Positions 27,044 to 37,550 of a stretch of 64,000 bases of DNA are shown piece after piece. The stretch lies in the sequence record EU863409. One strand, given 5' to 3'. Origin of the DNA: Escherichia phage JS10. The notes under the pieces were generated by a model. It was not told the DNA's origin and ran no database searches. It saw only the letters and a list, made by a program, of their open reading frames with translations. Position 1 is the stretch's first letter, and each line of letters opens with the position of its first letter. A program made the position numbers and the translations under genes.

Positions 27044-29755
27044 TTAAAAGTCGAACATGTCAAATAATGTTGCTTTTTTCTCGTAGTCGATTTTAGCAGA
27101 CTCAGTAAAACCAGTCAGTGGTTTGATAAAGGTCTTTTGGAACAGTACGTTGTAGTCCATCCAACGGAGGACTTGGTCACGAATCTGAATCGGAAGTTCA
27201 ATACCTGACGGCCATGCCATACAAGCTTCACCGAACGGGTTGCCTTCTTTAAGTGGCAGTACATATACCTTTTCACCATCAACGATACGAGGCATAGTCA
27301 AATCACCAGCAGAAGCACGCATGTAAGCTAAGCAACCTTTGATGTGGTACGGGCATTTAGAACCAGGGAAACCGCCTTCATTATATTTCTCAATGTTGTT
27401 AGCACTGGATACTGCAGCAATGCTTACATAGTCTAGTTCGTTAAATTCCTTATTAAACTGTTTGAAATATTCTTGCAAAGAAGCCTCGCCTTCTTGAAGC
27501 ATACGACGGATACATTCTTTCAGTGCTTTCTGAACCGCTTTAGGCGTACTTGATTTCTGGGTTTCGAGACCCATGATTTTCAAGTGTGGTTCGGCATAAC
27601 GAGTACCTTCCATGTCCCAAACGTTCAGTGCGTAACGTTTCTTGCCTGTCCAGAATCCACCAAGACCTTTAGAACCAAGTGGAGGACCAGCGATAGCTTC
27701 TCGGTCCATGAACATCAAGTGCTGTTTATTGTTCATGTATTCACACATCTCACGGAAGCCTGCATCAATAGCTGGTTCCATACGTTCACGTGCAAATTTA
27801 TCTAAGAAGTCAACCCAGTGGTTAGTATCACGGAATTTGTCTTCGCCTACTTTATTGATGATTGCATCAGCCTTAACATAAATGGAGTCGGTATCACCAT
27901 AGAGCACGAACTTCTGGTTTTCAGTCTTGCACACGCCATTCAGATATTCGTTAACCTTACGTTCAATCCATTGGAGGGCCATTTGACCAAACAATGTGAT
28001 TGCAGTTGCGTTCCTGAGGTCATAGTAACGGAACCATACGTTACCAAGTGCACCATAAAGGGAGTTGATAAGCAACTTACGGTTAATCTGAGCAGTCATA
28101 CCTGCGACTTCAGTGCGTTCGGCTTTGAACAACATTTCTTTTAAAGAAGATGCTGACAATTTTTTAATCTGAGCTTTGATTTCGTCAGAGAAGTCGAAAC
28201 GATAATCGATATCCAGTGGACTATCAACAGACAGATTAGGATTTTCTAATGCTTCTTTAATTAACTCACCATTACGTTGAGCTGCAAGCATATAACCTTT
28301 ATGTTCTTTACGCTGTAAGAACACCTTCGTGATTTCTGTAGGAATCACACCATCACGGTCTTTATAGTACATCATGCCGTTAGGAGAGCAACTGTAGGTG
28401 TCGCTAGGACGCGGAGCAGTTCCGGCAATATATTCATGTATCGGTGCGTTGGCGAATGTCCCTGCGATGGTCTCTGGGCTTATATTCACTTGACGAATGA
28501 TACTCGGGTACAGAGATGTAAGGTCGAAACTCATTACATATTTGTACGCGTTAGGAATAGGTTCCTTAACGAAAGCACCCGGATAAGGTTGAACCGCATG
28601 CGATTTGGCCTGAGGAATAACTTTACCCTGTTCTTTAAGGCTATTAAAGATAATAGCGTCCCAAGTCTTAATTGGACTGAACACCGACTGAATCTGCATC
28701 TTGGCATAGTAACCCATGTCCAGACTAAGAAGAATGAACTGGCGTTTCATATCAATCTGCACAACACGATATACGTCGATAATGTTATAGGAAATATATC
28801 GTTGGTGGTTCGTCTCACGTAACTTGGAGATAGGACCATCATATTTCAACTTACCTACTTTCAATTCATATTCAGAAACATAATCCAGAGAATAAGAAGG
28901 CTGGTTGGTAAAGCTGAATTTTTTATAAAGGTCGATATAATCCAGAACAGAAATGCCGAACAGTGTAATAATTTCACGAACACCGTACATATTCTCGATA
29001 ACTTTAACACGAGTCTTACGATGTGGGCTTAATCGCTTAGCAGTGTTCTCACCAAACAGATTTTTCAGACGGTTATAAACGTATGGCACGTCAAATGATT
29101 CAACGTTCCATCCAGTCAAAATCACAGGAGTTTTCTGTTGCCAGAAATTCAGATACTCAAGCATCATTTCTTCTTCAGAATTAAACGGAAGATAAACGAT
29201 TTTGTCAATGATTTCTTGTGGAACTTCGTCACCACCTTCGTCTTGGAGTTTCTCAGCGATTTTAATCGACCACTCTTCGACCGTACCATAAGGTGAAACT
29301 AAAAGGTCAAATACATAGAATTTATCATCAATCGAGTCGTAGTGAGTAATGGCATCGATAGGATGTTTAGCCTGGGCAGGTTCAGGGAATCCATCAGGAG
29401 ATGTTACCTCGATGTCGAAGTTAGCAATACGAATCTTGGAAGAATCATACTTGATTTCTTTACGATAGGTATCAGACAAATAGGCTAATTTATAGTCGTC
29501 CATACCAAGGGCTTCGAGACCCATATCGTCCATGCGCTTCATCCACTGAGAAGCATCGCGCATTGAATCGAATTCTTTCTTAACACAGCCCTTACCGTAG
29601 ATGTCAATATATTTTACGGCTTGCTCTGGGTTGGCATGCATAAACATTGTAGGCTTGTAAGGAACTTCACGACTACGTTCTTTACCATTTTTATCGATGT
29701 AACGTTCGAGAATATTATCACCGATTTGTTCGACTGTCAAATAGAATTCTTGCAT
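27044..29755 (-). CDS. 43: DNA polymerase (family B)
   Basis: starts MQEFYLTVEQIGDN as T4 gp43; YGDTDS motif; track start 29815 trimmed to ATG 29753-29755. Confidence 0.9.
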   Translation of the reverse strand: MQEFYLTVEQIGDNILERYIDKNGKERSREVPYKPTMFMHANPEQAVKYIDIYGKGCVKKEFDSMRDASQWMKRMDDMGLEALGMDDYKLAYLSDTYRKEIKYDSSKIRIANFDIEVTSPDGFPEPAQAKHPIDAITHYDSIDDKFYVFDLLVSPYGTVEEWSIKIAEKLQDEGGDEVPQEIIDKIVYLPFNSEEEMMLEYLNFWQQKTPVILTGWNVESFDVPYVYNRLKNLFGENTAKRLSPHRKTRVKVIENMYGVREIITLFGISVLDYIDLYKKFSFTNQPSYSLDYVSEYELKVGKLKYDGPISKLRETNHQRYISYNIIDVYRVVQIDMKRQFILLSLDMGYYAKMQIQSVFSPIKTWDAIIFNSLKEQGKVIPQAKSHAVQPYPGAFVKEPIPNAYKYVMSFDLTSLYPSIIRQVNISPETIAGTFANAPIHEYIAGTAPRPSDTYSCSPNGMMYYKDRDGVIPTEITKVFLQRKEHKGYMLAAQRNGELIKEALENPNLSVDSPLDIDYRFDFSDEIKAQIKKLSASSLKEMLFKAERTEVAGMTAQINRKLLINSLYGALGNVWFRYYDLRNATAITLFGQMALQWIERKVNEYLNGVCKTENQKFVLYGDTDSIYVKADAIINKVGEDKFRDTNHWVDFLDKFARERMEPAIDAGFREMCEYMNNKQHLMFMDREAIAGPPLGSKGLGGFWTGKKRYALNVWDMEGTRYAEPHLKIMGLETQKSSTPKAVQKALKECIRRMLQEGEASLQEYFKQFNKEFNELDYVSIAAVSSANNIEKYNEGGFPGSKCPYHIKGCLAYMRASAGDLTMPRIVDGEKVYVLPLKEGNPFGEACMAWPSGIELPIQIRDQVLRWMDYNVLFQKTFIKPLTGFTESAKIDYEKKATLFDMFDF

Positions 29756-29812
29756 TTCATTTCCTTTATAGACGAGTGATTGTCTTTTGTTTGTTGATGA
29801 ATAATTATACTC

Positions 29813-29836
29813 CAAAAAGGGACCGAAGTCCCTTTG
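29813..29836 (-). terminator. UUCG-loop hairpin upstream of gene 43 leader
   Basis: aaaaagggaccgaagtccctttgc. Confidence 0.5.
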
Positions 29837-29837
29837 C

Positions 29838-30053
29838 TTAAATTTCTATTGTCAAGCGTTTAATAGTCGGATTGCCATCTTCGCCTTTAGTTCTAATCAT
29901 AGCCTGGAAGACTTGCTGACCTGGATGTAGTAACTTATGGAGGTCCTTTTGAAATTCTATTTGGAGCTCTTCGGAAAGGTCAAAAACAGTTTGAGTTGGT
30001 GAAAGCCCGTACACCTCTTTAAGACGTTCACACGTTTCAATTTCAAGAATCAT
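29838..30053 (-). CDS. small hypothetical protein (about 71 aa)
   Basis: internal ATG (MILEIETCE) just after the regA stop; the longer track form overlaps regA. Confidence 0.3.
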   Translation of the reverse strand: MILEIETCERLKEVYGLSPTQTVFDLSEELQIEFQKDLHKLLHPGQQVFQAMIRTKGEDGNPTIKRLTIEI

Positions 30054-30054
30054 A

Positions 30055-30417
30055 TTAATTACCAATGGTATACTTAGACAATAGTTCCCAGTCATTTTTC
30101 TGTTTAAAGGAAATGACACGGAAATTATTAGTAATTTCGAACAATTCAGAATCGTCTACAATATCAATAAGTCCCCAATCCTTAAGAAGCTGGGCGATAG
30201 AATCACGGCGTTGGTAGTCTTCACCATCGATATCTACCTGGCGACCGTCCATACGCAACATCTCTTTAAAGTGGACAATATAATATCGTCCTTGCTTTTG
30301 CAAAATGTGACAGGATTGATATAGTTTCTTTTCTTTATTATTAGCGATACCCATACGAGTTAGGGTCTCTTTCACTTTCAAGAAGTCTTCAGGTTGTTTC
30401 AGAGTAATTTCAATCAT
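30055..30417 (-). CDS. regA: translational repressor RegA
   Basis: 120 aa; MIEITLKQPEDFLKVKETLTRMGIANNK... near-identical to T4 RegA over the N-terminal half. Confidence 0.9.
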   Translation of the reverse strand: MIEITLKQPEDFLKVKETLTRMGIANNKEKKLYQSCHILQKQGRYYIVHFKEMLRMDGRQVDIDGEDYQRRDSIAQLLKDWGLIDIVDDSELFEITNNFRVISFKQKNDWELLSKYTIGN

Positions 30418-30423
30418 TTTAAT

Positions 30424-30996
30424 TTACCATTCCAATGCTTTCTTTTTCAAGTCTTTTTGTTCTTTCACATTTTTAGTTACGGATTTCAGGAACTCGTCCG
30501 TAACCAACCCTTTCATCTTCTTAAGCATTGCCGGAAGATGGCCTTTAATTTTATAAGTCTCGAGATAACGATAAGCGTCATCATTATTAATTGAATGGTA
30601 TTTCATCAATAAACGAGTAATAAAAACTACACTAACTTCATCATCATGGGCCTTAGCCCATTTACCAAATCTCTTACCCTTAGGAACAGCATGTAAAAGA
30701 TAATTGAAGTGACTTTGGTCGTCAAGTTTAAGACAGTTAACCATCGCGGCTTGCATAATGCAATCTACGTGTTGGCTCAAACTATTATCTAGCCAAAATT
30801 GATTATAGTTTTCTGATTGAGCCAAGTTACGTTGTTTTTTACCGTATGTGATATCGTTCATAATGGCAAACAATTCGTTTTCAGCCTTTTCTTTAAATGA
30901 ATCGGCCAAGGCTTGAATAGCAGCGTCGTTACGTTGTTTCCAAGCAACTTCATGTTCATTCAGTTCAACGTCATCATCAAAAAGACTTATAGCCAT
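30424..30996 (-). CDS. 62: clamp-loader small subunit
   Basis: 190 aa; T4 synteny between regA and 44. Confidence 0.8.
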   Translation of the reverse strand: MAISLFDDDVELNEHEVAWKQRNDAAIQALADSFKEKAENELFAIMNDITYGKKQRNLAQSENYNQFWLDNSLSQHVDCIMQAAMVNCLKLDDQSHFNYLLHAVPKGKRFGKWAKAHDDEVSVVFITRLLMKYHSINNDDAYRYLETYKIKGHLPAMLKKMKGLVTDEFLKSVTKNVKEQKDLKKKALEW

Positions 30997-31946
30997 TGGA
31001 GCTCCAGAGCAAGTTGGATAAACAGATAAGTCAGGTGAATTTCTGGGTTAGCAGCAATACCATGGTATTGGTTATTTTCACCGACGATTTCATACATTCT
31101 AACAATGCTCGGCCCAGGCAATTTACCATAGAGTTCGTTAGCCAATGCCATAATAAAGTTGGCATAATCATTGACATGACGTGGAGCTAATGCACGGAGT
31201 TCTTTAAAGTTTTTATCTTTCAGTGCAGCCACTACTTCATCAATAGGCGAATTGGTATTCATTACAATACTCAAAATGCCTGCATCGATTTTACCACTTG
31301 AGGAATAACGGTCCAGTTGGTTAACTGTTTTACGGAAGTCAGGGAAGTTTTGTTTAACTAAAGCAGCAATAACTTTAAGGTCTTCGACTTCGATATTTTC
31401 GTTTTTACAAATTGCTACGGCACGATGAATCATTTCTTTCATCATGGCTGTTTGGTCAGCTGGAGTGGCTTCACCAAATTTAATTACACGACAACGGGAT
31501 TGAAGTGGACCGATGATACCATCAATATTGTTTGCTGTAATAATTACAGAACAGTTTGAGGAATAGGCCTCTAAGAATGAACGAAGGTGGCGTTGAGCTT
31601 CAGCAACACCAGCACGGTCGAATTCGTCAATAACAATTACCTTACGTTTACCTTCGATAGATTTAGAAGATGCAAAACGAGTAAGTTCGTTACGAACGAA
31701 ATCAATACGGCAGTCAGAACCGTTAACAAACAACATTTCTGAATTTGTATCAGCACACAATGCTTTAGCTACGGTAGTTTTACCTGTGCCTGGTGAAGCA
31801 GAGACTAGGATAATGTTAGGGATTAGGCCCTTATTAACAATGGCTTGGAGAGTTTCTTTATCATGAGCAGGCAGAATACATTCAGATAAAGTACCTGGAC
31901 GATATTTCTGTTCGAACATGAATTCATTATTATTTACTGTAAGCAT
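30987..31946 (-). CDS. 44: clamp-loader ATPase (AAA+)
   Basis: 319 aa; Walker A SPGTGKTT. Confidence 0.85.
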   Translation of the reverse strand: MLTVNNNEFMFEQKYRPGTLSECILPAHDKETLQAIVNKGLIPNIILVSASPGTGKTTVAKALCADTNSEMLFVNGSDCRIDFVRNELTRFASSKSIEGKRKVIVIDEFDRAGVAEAQRHLRSFLEAYSSNCSVIITANNIDGIIGPLQSRCRVIKFGEATPADQTAMMKEMIHRAVAICKNENIEVEDLKVIAALVKQNFPDFRKTVNQLDRYSSSGKIDAGILSIVMNTNSPIDEVVAALKDKNFKELRALAPRHVNDYANFIMALANELYGKLPGPSIVRMYEIVGENNQYHGIAANPEIHLTYLFIQLALELQWL

Positions 31947-32007
31947 ATTAATTTCCTCAGGTTTGTTTTTACATTATACTCCAAGGGAGGAATTTCCTCC
32001 CTATGCT

Positions 32008-32706
32008 TTAGAACGAGTGGCTTGAGCCTGCTTCCATAGCTAATACGTAAGAAGCTTGTGTACCTTCAAACTTAGCTGCAAATCGAGCATCCTGACCTTC
32101 ACCGCGTGCCCATAACAACACATGATAATCGGCAGGCATCATTTTCATATTGGTTTTGTTAATGATGAACTTAAAGTCAGGACCATCATGGTCAGCCACG
32201 ACCAGAGAATACAGTGGACGAGTTAATTCTTTATCGTCGACTTGTTTATAACCGTTGATAACAATTTTACCATCGTCTACAGTGATTGCAAATGTATCAA
32301 TACTCAGACCAGAGGACACACGCATCAACTGTTGATAATCTTCGGCTTTCAGGTCGAAAATAACTTCGGCCACAGGGAACGGAATAGCTTTACTTGGGAA
32401 TGCGATTGTGCTTGGGTCGGCAATAGGCCACTTAATTGTTGAACGTTGGTCTTTAATAATTAATGTTGTTTGGTCTTCACTTACCGAAACTTCAGCACTT
32501 TCCGATACCAAAGACAGAATACTTAAGAAGCCATTCAAATCATAGATTGCTGCTTCGATATCGAAGGTATCACTTACAGTAGCTTCACCATAACTTGCAC
32601 CGGTAACAGATCGGGTCAGAATGGTGTTACCTGGTTTAAGCATAATGCCTGGGTTAATACCGGAGAAGTTTTTAAGAATGTTCAGGGTTTCTTTAGAGAA
32701 TTTCAT
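32008..32706 (-). CDS. 45: sliding clamp
   Basis: 232 aa; alignable with T4 gp45 along its length. Confidence 0.9.
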   Translation of the reverse strand: MKFSKETLNILKNFSGINPGIMLKPGNTILTRSVTGASYGEATVSDTFDIEAAIYDLNGFLSILSLVSESAEVSVSEDQTTLIIKDQRSTIKWPIADPSTIAFPSKAIPFPVAEVIFDLKAEDYQQLMRVSSGLSIDTFAITVDDGKIVINGYKQVDDKELTRPLYSLVVADHDGPDFKFIINKTNMKMMPADYHVLLWARGEGQDARFAAKFEGTQASYVLAMEAGSSHSF

Positions 32707-32731
32707 AATGTTTCCTTATCAAGTCAAATTA

Positions 32732-33166
32732 TTAAGCAATTACGATCATTTGTTTACGGATTGATTCAGGCAGAGATTCAATATACTCTGGAATCTTGGA
32801 AGCAATAATAGAACCGGCTTCAAGCAACTGCTCATCAGGGTCGACGCAATAATCATCTTCTAAACGTTCAGAACCGTCGCGGTCGATAACAAGTTTAGCA
32901 CCTGCAGCCAAAGAATCTTTAAAGTGTTTACGCATGATTTCAATCCACTTATCAGATACATCATTATCGATGATACTGTACAGCATAAACTTGGTTTCTT
33001 GTGGAAGAGACTGCAATCGGCGTGCAGAGTCGGTATCAATATTCAGTACCCATGATTTACGGATACGGTTCTGATTATGTGGGTTGGAATCAGTACGGAT
33101 GGTTTTAACTTGGATATCTTTAACGGTAACGCCATTAGAAGTAGCAAACATAATATTTTCTCTCAT
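32732..33166 (-). CDS. RpbA-like protein (by position)
   Basis: 144-aa ORF between 45 and 46. Confidence 0.45.
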   Translation of the reverse strand: MRENIMFATSNGVTVKDIQVKTIRTDSNPHNQNRIRKSWVLNIDTDSARRLQSLPQETKFMLYSIIDNDVSDKWIEIMRKHFKDSLAAGAKLVIDRDGSERLEDDYCVDPDEQLLEAGSIIASKIPEYIESLPESIRKQMIVIA

Positions 33167-33207
33167 TTAGTTGGTAAATGTATTATAAATCAATATTTTA
33201 AAGCAAT

Positions 33208-33399
33208 TTAATCAAAGTACTCATAGACAAACCATGCTGGATTTCTATTTGACATGATTGTAACATATTCTGACTTAAAAGCATTTTGGAGATAATCTTC
33301 AGTAACAAGATGTTCGTCTCCAGAGAAGTTGTTAACTAAAACATATCTCTTTATTTCTGGAACGGCCAACAAATGCTGGCCTGTTATAAAATCACTCAT
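33208..33399 (-). CDS. hypothetical protein
   Basis: 63-aa ORF. Confidence 0.45.
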   Translation of the reverse strand: MSDFITGQHLLAVPEIKRYVLVNNFSGDEHLVTEDYLQNAFKSEYVTIMSNRNPAWFVYEYFD

Positions 33400-35078
33400 T
33401 CTAACACCGTGAATCGCCCAACTTTCTTCATTTGAAGATGTTGGCCATAAGCTTGTGGGTCATGGTCTCGGTGAGAGATAATGAACACGTTCGTATCCTC
33501 AAGGCTATTCAAGATGGTTGCAATGCTCTTAACGCCTTCAGAATCCGTGGCACTATCAAAAACTTCATCAAGAATTAACGTGCTGATATTAACACCTGAT
33601 ACCTTAGAAGCAATATCACGCCATGTAAAAAGAAGTGCGATATCAATACGTGCTTTCTCACCCTGTGAAAATGAAGCATAACTAAAGTCTTCACGTCCAC
33701 GTGATTTAATCGTCTCATTGAATTCTTCGTCTAGGGTAAAGACGTAGTCCGCTTCCATAATCTTCAAATAAGAATTAATCTGCTTATTAAAGATAGGAAT
33801 GTATTTCTTAATAATGGAACCTTTAATACCAGTATCCTTCAACATTTCTGTCAGAATTCCACGATGATATTTTTCCATTACCAAGGACGATTTGGTAGAG
33901 ACGATTTTATCAAGCTCTGCTTGAAGCGCAGCAATCTCTTCGGCATTACTTACGAACTCAGCTGCTGCCTGGTCAATTAATACCTTAACCTTTTTGGCTT
34001 TCTCTACGGCAGTAATGGCTTGCTGCTTATGAGTAGCTATCTGAGATTTAATAGCCAACGCTTTATTGCGTTGTTCGGTTACTTGGTCTTTAATGAGCTT
34101 GAGCTCTTGGTATTGCTCATTAATCTTATCCAAAGATTTTTGAAGCTCAAAGTTTTTATCCTTAATTTTAGTAAGGATATTACCATGCTCTTCTAACCCT
34201 TGCATACACGTAGGGCAGTGACCACCAGTTTCGTATAACTTAACCACCTTTGTAAAGGTTGCCATATCATTTTTGATTGCAAATCCTTTATTACTCAGGT
34301 CACTCATGGAGTCGCTAGGGTCATCATCTACGATAACATTGAGTAATTCATCAGTCAGGGATTCTATGCTCGCCTTCGCAGTCCTGGCTTCTTTAACGAG
34401 CTCATCATACATTAATTGTAGGCGGGCGGCGTTCTCGCCGGATAATTTACGTTGACGTTCTTCGTTGTCATTATAAATTTTAATTTGTTGGGTAATAGAA
34501 TCTTGCTTAACGTCTATTACTTGGATTTGGCTATTAGTCTCACGAATTAAAGATTTGTTCAACTTATCCATATCCGCTAATACAGAAACCTCTAAGAGGT
34601 CTTCGACGAGTTTTCTTCTTGCAGGAGTGGATAGGCCCATAAAAGGGGTATATCCAGCTGTGCCGAGTACGACAATTTGTTTGAAGCTTGCATAGGACAT
34701 TCCGATAAGCTGTTCAAATTCCGCTTGGAAGTCTTTACTGCTGGCAGATTCATCAAGACGTTCACCGTCACAAGAGATTTCAAAAACGTTGGGTTTTTGC
34801 CCGCGTTTGATATAGTATTCTTTGCCATCATATTCCATCCACAGTTCGACCAAAAGGTCTTTCTTGTTACTTGAGTTAATCAACTGCCCTTTCTTAACAT
34901 CACGAAAAGGCTTACCGAACAGAGCAAATGTTACAGCTTCAAGGAATGTTGATTTCCCTGCACCATTTTTACCAGTGACTAAGGTCTTTTGGACCTTATC
35001 AAGTTGGATTGTAATAGGCTGCTGCCCTACCGACATAATATTTTTATACGTTACTTTTTTTAACTTAAAAGTCTTCAT
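33396..35078 (-). CDS. 46: recombination nuclease ATPase subunit (Rad50/SbcC-like)
   Basis: 560 aa from ATG 35076-35078 (MKTFKLKKV); Walker A GKNGAGKST; closely matches T4 gp46. Confidence 0.9.
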   Translation of the reverse strand: MKTFKLKKVTYKNIMSVGQQPITIQLDKVQKTLVTGKNGAGKSTFLEAVTFALFGKPFRDVKKGQLINSSNKKDLLVELWMEYDGKEYYIKRGQKPNVFEISCDGERLDESASSKDFQAEFEQLIGMSYASFKQIVVLGTAGYTPFMGLSTPARRKLVEDLLEVSVLADMDKLNKSLIRETNSQIQVIDVKQDSITQQIKIYNDNEERQRKLSGENAARLQLMYDELVKEARTAKASIESLTDELLNVIVDDDPSDSMSDLSNKGFAIKNDMATFTKVVKLYETGGHCPTCMQGLEEHGNILTKIKDKNFELQKSLDKINEQYQELKLIKDQVTEQRNKALAIKSQIATHKQQAITAVEKAKKVKVLIDQAAAEFVSNAEEIAALQAELDKIVSTKSSLVMEKYHRGILTEMLKDTGIKGSIIKKYIPIFNKQINSYLKIMEADYVFTLDEEFNETIKSRGREDFSYASFSQGEKARIDIALLFTWRDIASKVSGVNISTLILDEVFDSATDSEGVKSIATILNSLEDTNVFIISHRDHDPQAYGQHLQMKKVGRFTVLE

Positions 35079-35328
35079 CGTTATAAGCATCCTTGATGCA
35101 TGATTCAGCCATATGAATTAATGTTTCTGGAGTATCATCTACCATTACATTAAAGCTAAATTCCACAGCCCAATCGGTAGCAACATAAACTTTAATAAGC
35201 TCGCCGGTATCACGAGTGCTCACGGCTTCAAACCAGAACTTAATTGTACTAGGTTGTCCATCATCATCAATAACTATACAGTCGTGTTCCAGTTCAAGTC
35301 CCGATTTTTTGAATTCATCTAAAGTCAT
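35065..35328 (-). CDS. hypothetical protein (46.1 position)
   Basis: 87-aa ORF. Confidence 0.5.
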   Translation of the reverse strand: MTLDEFKKSGLELEHDCIVIDDDGQPSTIKFWFEAVSTRDTGELIKVYVATDWAVEFSFNVMVDDTPETLIHMAESCIKDAYNDEDF

Positions 35329-36347
35329 CGTGTAACCTCATTATAAAGTTGTGCGGCCATAGTCTTAAGGGCTTTAACGTCTTCTTCAGTGTGGCCATCA
35401 GGAAGGGCGTCGATATAATCATACATCATATCCAAGAGGGATTTAACTTCATCTTCCTCTTCAGAATCATCGATATCAACACTATTATCTACCTTAGACA
35501 CAATACGTAAAGAGTGAACAACCTTTTCAAGCTCTGATTCGAACTTAGTAAGACCGTCATCAATTTTATCGACTATAACACGAACTGCGATATTTGTAAA
35601 ATCTTTGTAATCGATAGTCGCGTTAGGATAATGAATCTTACGGTGCCAACAGGTTTCATTAATGATGAAATCCATTTTATGAGTTTCGGTATCGAAAATC
35701 CAGAAACCACGAGGGTCGTTCTCATCGCCTGCAGTAAGGGTCCATGGAGTACCAATGTACTTGACGTTTGCTGCATCAGAAATAGTATGGAAGTGGCCTG
35801 ACCAAACTTGCTTATACTTTTTAAGGAAATCAGGTTCTAAACCGTGAGATTTCATTCCTTTATAGAAATAGAAACCATTTAATTCCCAATGACCAATACA
35901 GAAATCTGCTGTGGTATTTTTGATATGGTCCATGATATCGGTCGTGTTTTCTTCACACATCCATGGAATCAAATCAATTTCGGTGCCATCAAAGTTAACC
36001 GTAGTAGGTTTTTCAATAACCTTGATATGGTCATATTTACCGAGAACTTCAGAAGCAGCATTAGGAGTCAAGGTATTTTTGTAGTGCATATCATGATTAC
36101 CAACAATGGTATACATGGTAATGCCATTAGCTTTAAGCAAATCAGAGATTTCGCGAGCGAATTCCATACACTTATGGGTAATTGCTTTACGAACGTCAAA
36201 GATATCACCGTATTGAATCCATACGGTAATACCATTTGCTTTAGAATAATCAATAGCGTCTTGGATACCTTGACGTTGGATATTTTGTACCCACACATCA
36301 TCGGCCTTCACTCCAAGGTGCCAGTCACCTGTGTTTAATATTTTCAT
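35325..36347 (-). CDS. 47: recombination nuclease subunit (Mre11/SbcD-like)
   Basis: starts MKILNTGDWHLG as T4 gp47; track start 36374 trimmed to ATG 36345-36347. Confidence 0.9.
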   Translation of the reverse strand: MKILNTGDWHLGVKADDVWVQNIQRQGIQDAIDYSKANGITVWIQYGDIFDVRKAITHKCMEFAREISDLLKANGITMYTIVGNHDMHYKNTLTPNAASEVLGKYDHIKVIEKPTTVNFDGTEIDLIPWMCEENTTDIMDHIKNTTADFCIGHWELNGFYFYKGMKSHGLEPDFLKKYKQVWSGHFHTISDAANVKYIGTPWTLTAGDENDPRGFWIFDTETHKMDFIINETCWHRKIHYPNATIDYKDFTNIAVRVIVDKIDDGLTKFESELEKVVHSLRIVSKVDNSVDIDDSEEEDEVKSLLDMMYDYIDALPDGHTEEDVKALKTMAAQLYNEVTR

Positions 36348-36487
36348 AAGCCGAGCACCGTTATCGCAATGCAAAATAAAATTATTGAGATGAACCCATC
36401 AGGAGTAGAAAAGAATCCTATCCAACAGGCTCGTGTGAATGTGTAGAATGCCATGAATAACACGACATATCCTAAAAGTAATTCCAT
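36344..36487 (-). CDS. small membrane protein (47 aa)
   Basis: MELLLGYVVLFMAFYTF...; GAGGAG RBS; ATGA overlap with gene 47 start. Confidence 0.4.
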   Translation of the reverse strand: MELLLGYVVLFMAFYTFTRACWIGFFSTPDGFISIILFCIAITVLGL

Positions 36488-36530
36488 ATGTTCTCCTCAG
36501 TTGGTTCATTTTATCATCCGAATATAAAGC

Positions 36531-36550
36531 AAAAAAGGAGCCTAAGCTCC
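36531..36550 (-). terminator. intrinsic terminator-like hairpin
   Basis: aaaaaaggagcctaagctcc. Confidence 0.45.
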
Positions 36551-36804
36551 TTTACCAATTAATACCCCGTACAGAGGTTCATGAGAAGACCTGAACTTGA
36601 TAGGCTTATAGGTAATAGTACCTTCATTTTCCGCTTTAATACGAGCAGCTTCAAATTTAAGTATCATCTCATTTTTGTCAGATTTAATCTTATCAAAATC
36701 CATCGAATTCGTCATTCATATAACCTCTTAAACTTTTTCGTATTCGTCATTCATAAGCTTAAAAATCCGGATGTTCATCTTTCATTAGCCACCTGTCCAC
36801 GTTA

Positions 36805-37089
36805 TCATCGTTGCCACCATTTCTTAAGTTGGTGTGAATCCACCCAAACCTTGGCTACAGGCTCAATCCGAAAAATTTCATCGGAATATTGACCCACCAT
36901 TTTGTATTCGGTTTCAGTCTGCTTAATACAAATATTACCGTATGAGCGAAGTCTGAAGGCGGCTCCAATAAGAAGCCGTTTAAAGGGTTTATTTACTAGC
37001 GCCATTGATAATTTCCCAAATCTGTTTACGCGTAGTTTCCCACATAACTCTAACGATTTCGTCAGTAGTTGGTTGACGGTAAATACCAC
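36805..37089 (-). CDS. hypothetical protein
   Basis: 94-aa ORF; real start probably internal because of overlap with next ORF. Confidence 0.35.
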   Translation of the reverse strand: MVFTVNQLLTKSLELCGKLRVNRFGKLSMALVNKPFKRLLIGAAFRLRSYGNICIKQTETEYKMVGQYSDEIFRIEPVAKVWVDSHQLKKWWQR

Positions 37090-37300
37090 GTAATTTAATT
37101 ATAGCATATTTGTAAGCTTCGAAATTGTTTTCGAGAACAGCGCCCTGAGCATGTGTATTAAGACGCTTAATTTCACGGGCATTCTTTTTAAGAATTTTGG
37201 CAGCTTGGGAAGCGGCTTCTTTAGCATTATTCTCTTCTAAACGCTTCTGGGCTTCTTCAATTTGCTCTTCGGTCAATTGAGAAATGTCGGTGCTTTGCAT
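36989..37300 (-). CDS. hypothetical protein
   Basis: 103-aa ORF. Confidence 0.45.
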   Translation of the reverse strand: MQSTDISQLTEEQIEEAQKRLEENNAKEAASQAAKILKKNAREIKRLNTHAQGAVLENNFEAYKYAIIKLRGIYRQPTTDEIVRVMWETTRKQIWEIINGASK

Positions 37301-37301
37301 A

Positions 37302-37550
37302 TTAATCCTTGTAATTCAGTTTTATATAAAAATCTTCGTCGGTAACGTGATAGTTATAAGTTAATGTTCCTTTTTCAGCTTTAATTTCTACCGAATCAGG
37401 GTGTTTTGGGTCTATTACAATAGGAAGCTTGGCAATATCCTTAAGATACATTTTAAGAACATAAGGAATTGCCGAATACTCTCCATCTACTTCTTCTAAA
37501 AGGCCTACCAGGTTAATCTTGAGTTCCATATAAAAAATCCAGCTCACCAA
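37302..37550 (-). CDS. hypothetical protein
   Basis: 82-aa ORF. Confidence 0.45.
   Translation of the reverse strand: MVSWIFYMELKINLVGLLEEVDGEYSAIPYVLKMYLKDIAKLPIVIDPKHPDSVEIKAEKGTLTYNYHVTDEDFYIKLNYKD

Noticed and set aside
29838-30119. 93-aa ORF overlapping the 3' end of regA
   Set aside because: The long form overlaps regA in another frame; only the part after the regA stop (29838..30053) is plausible, and even that is low confidence
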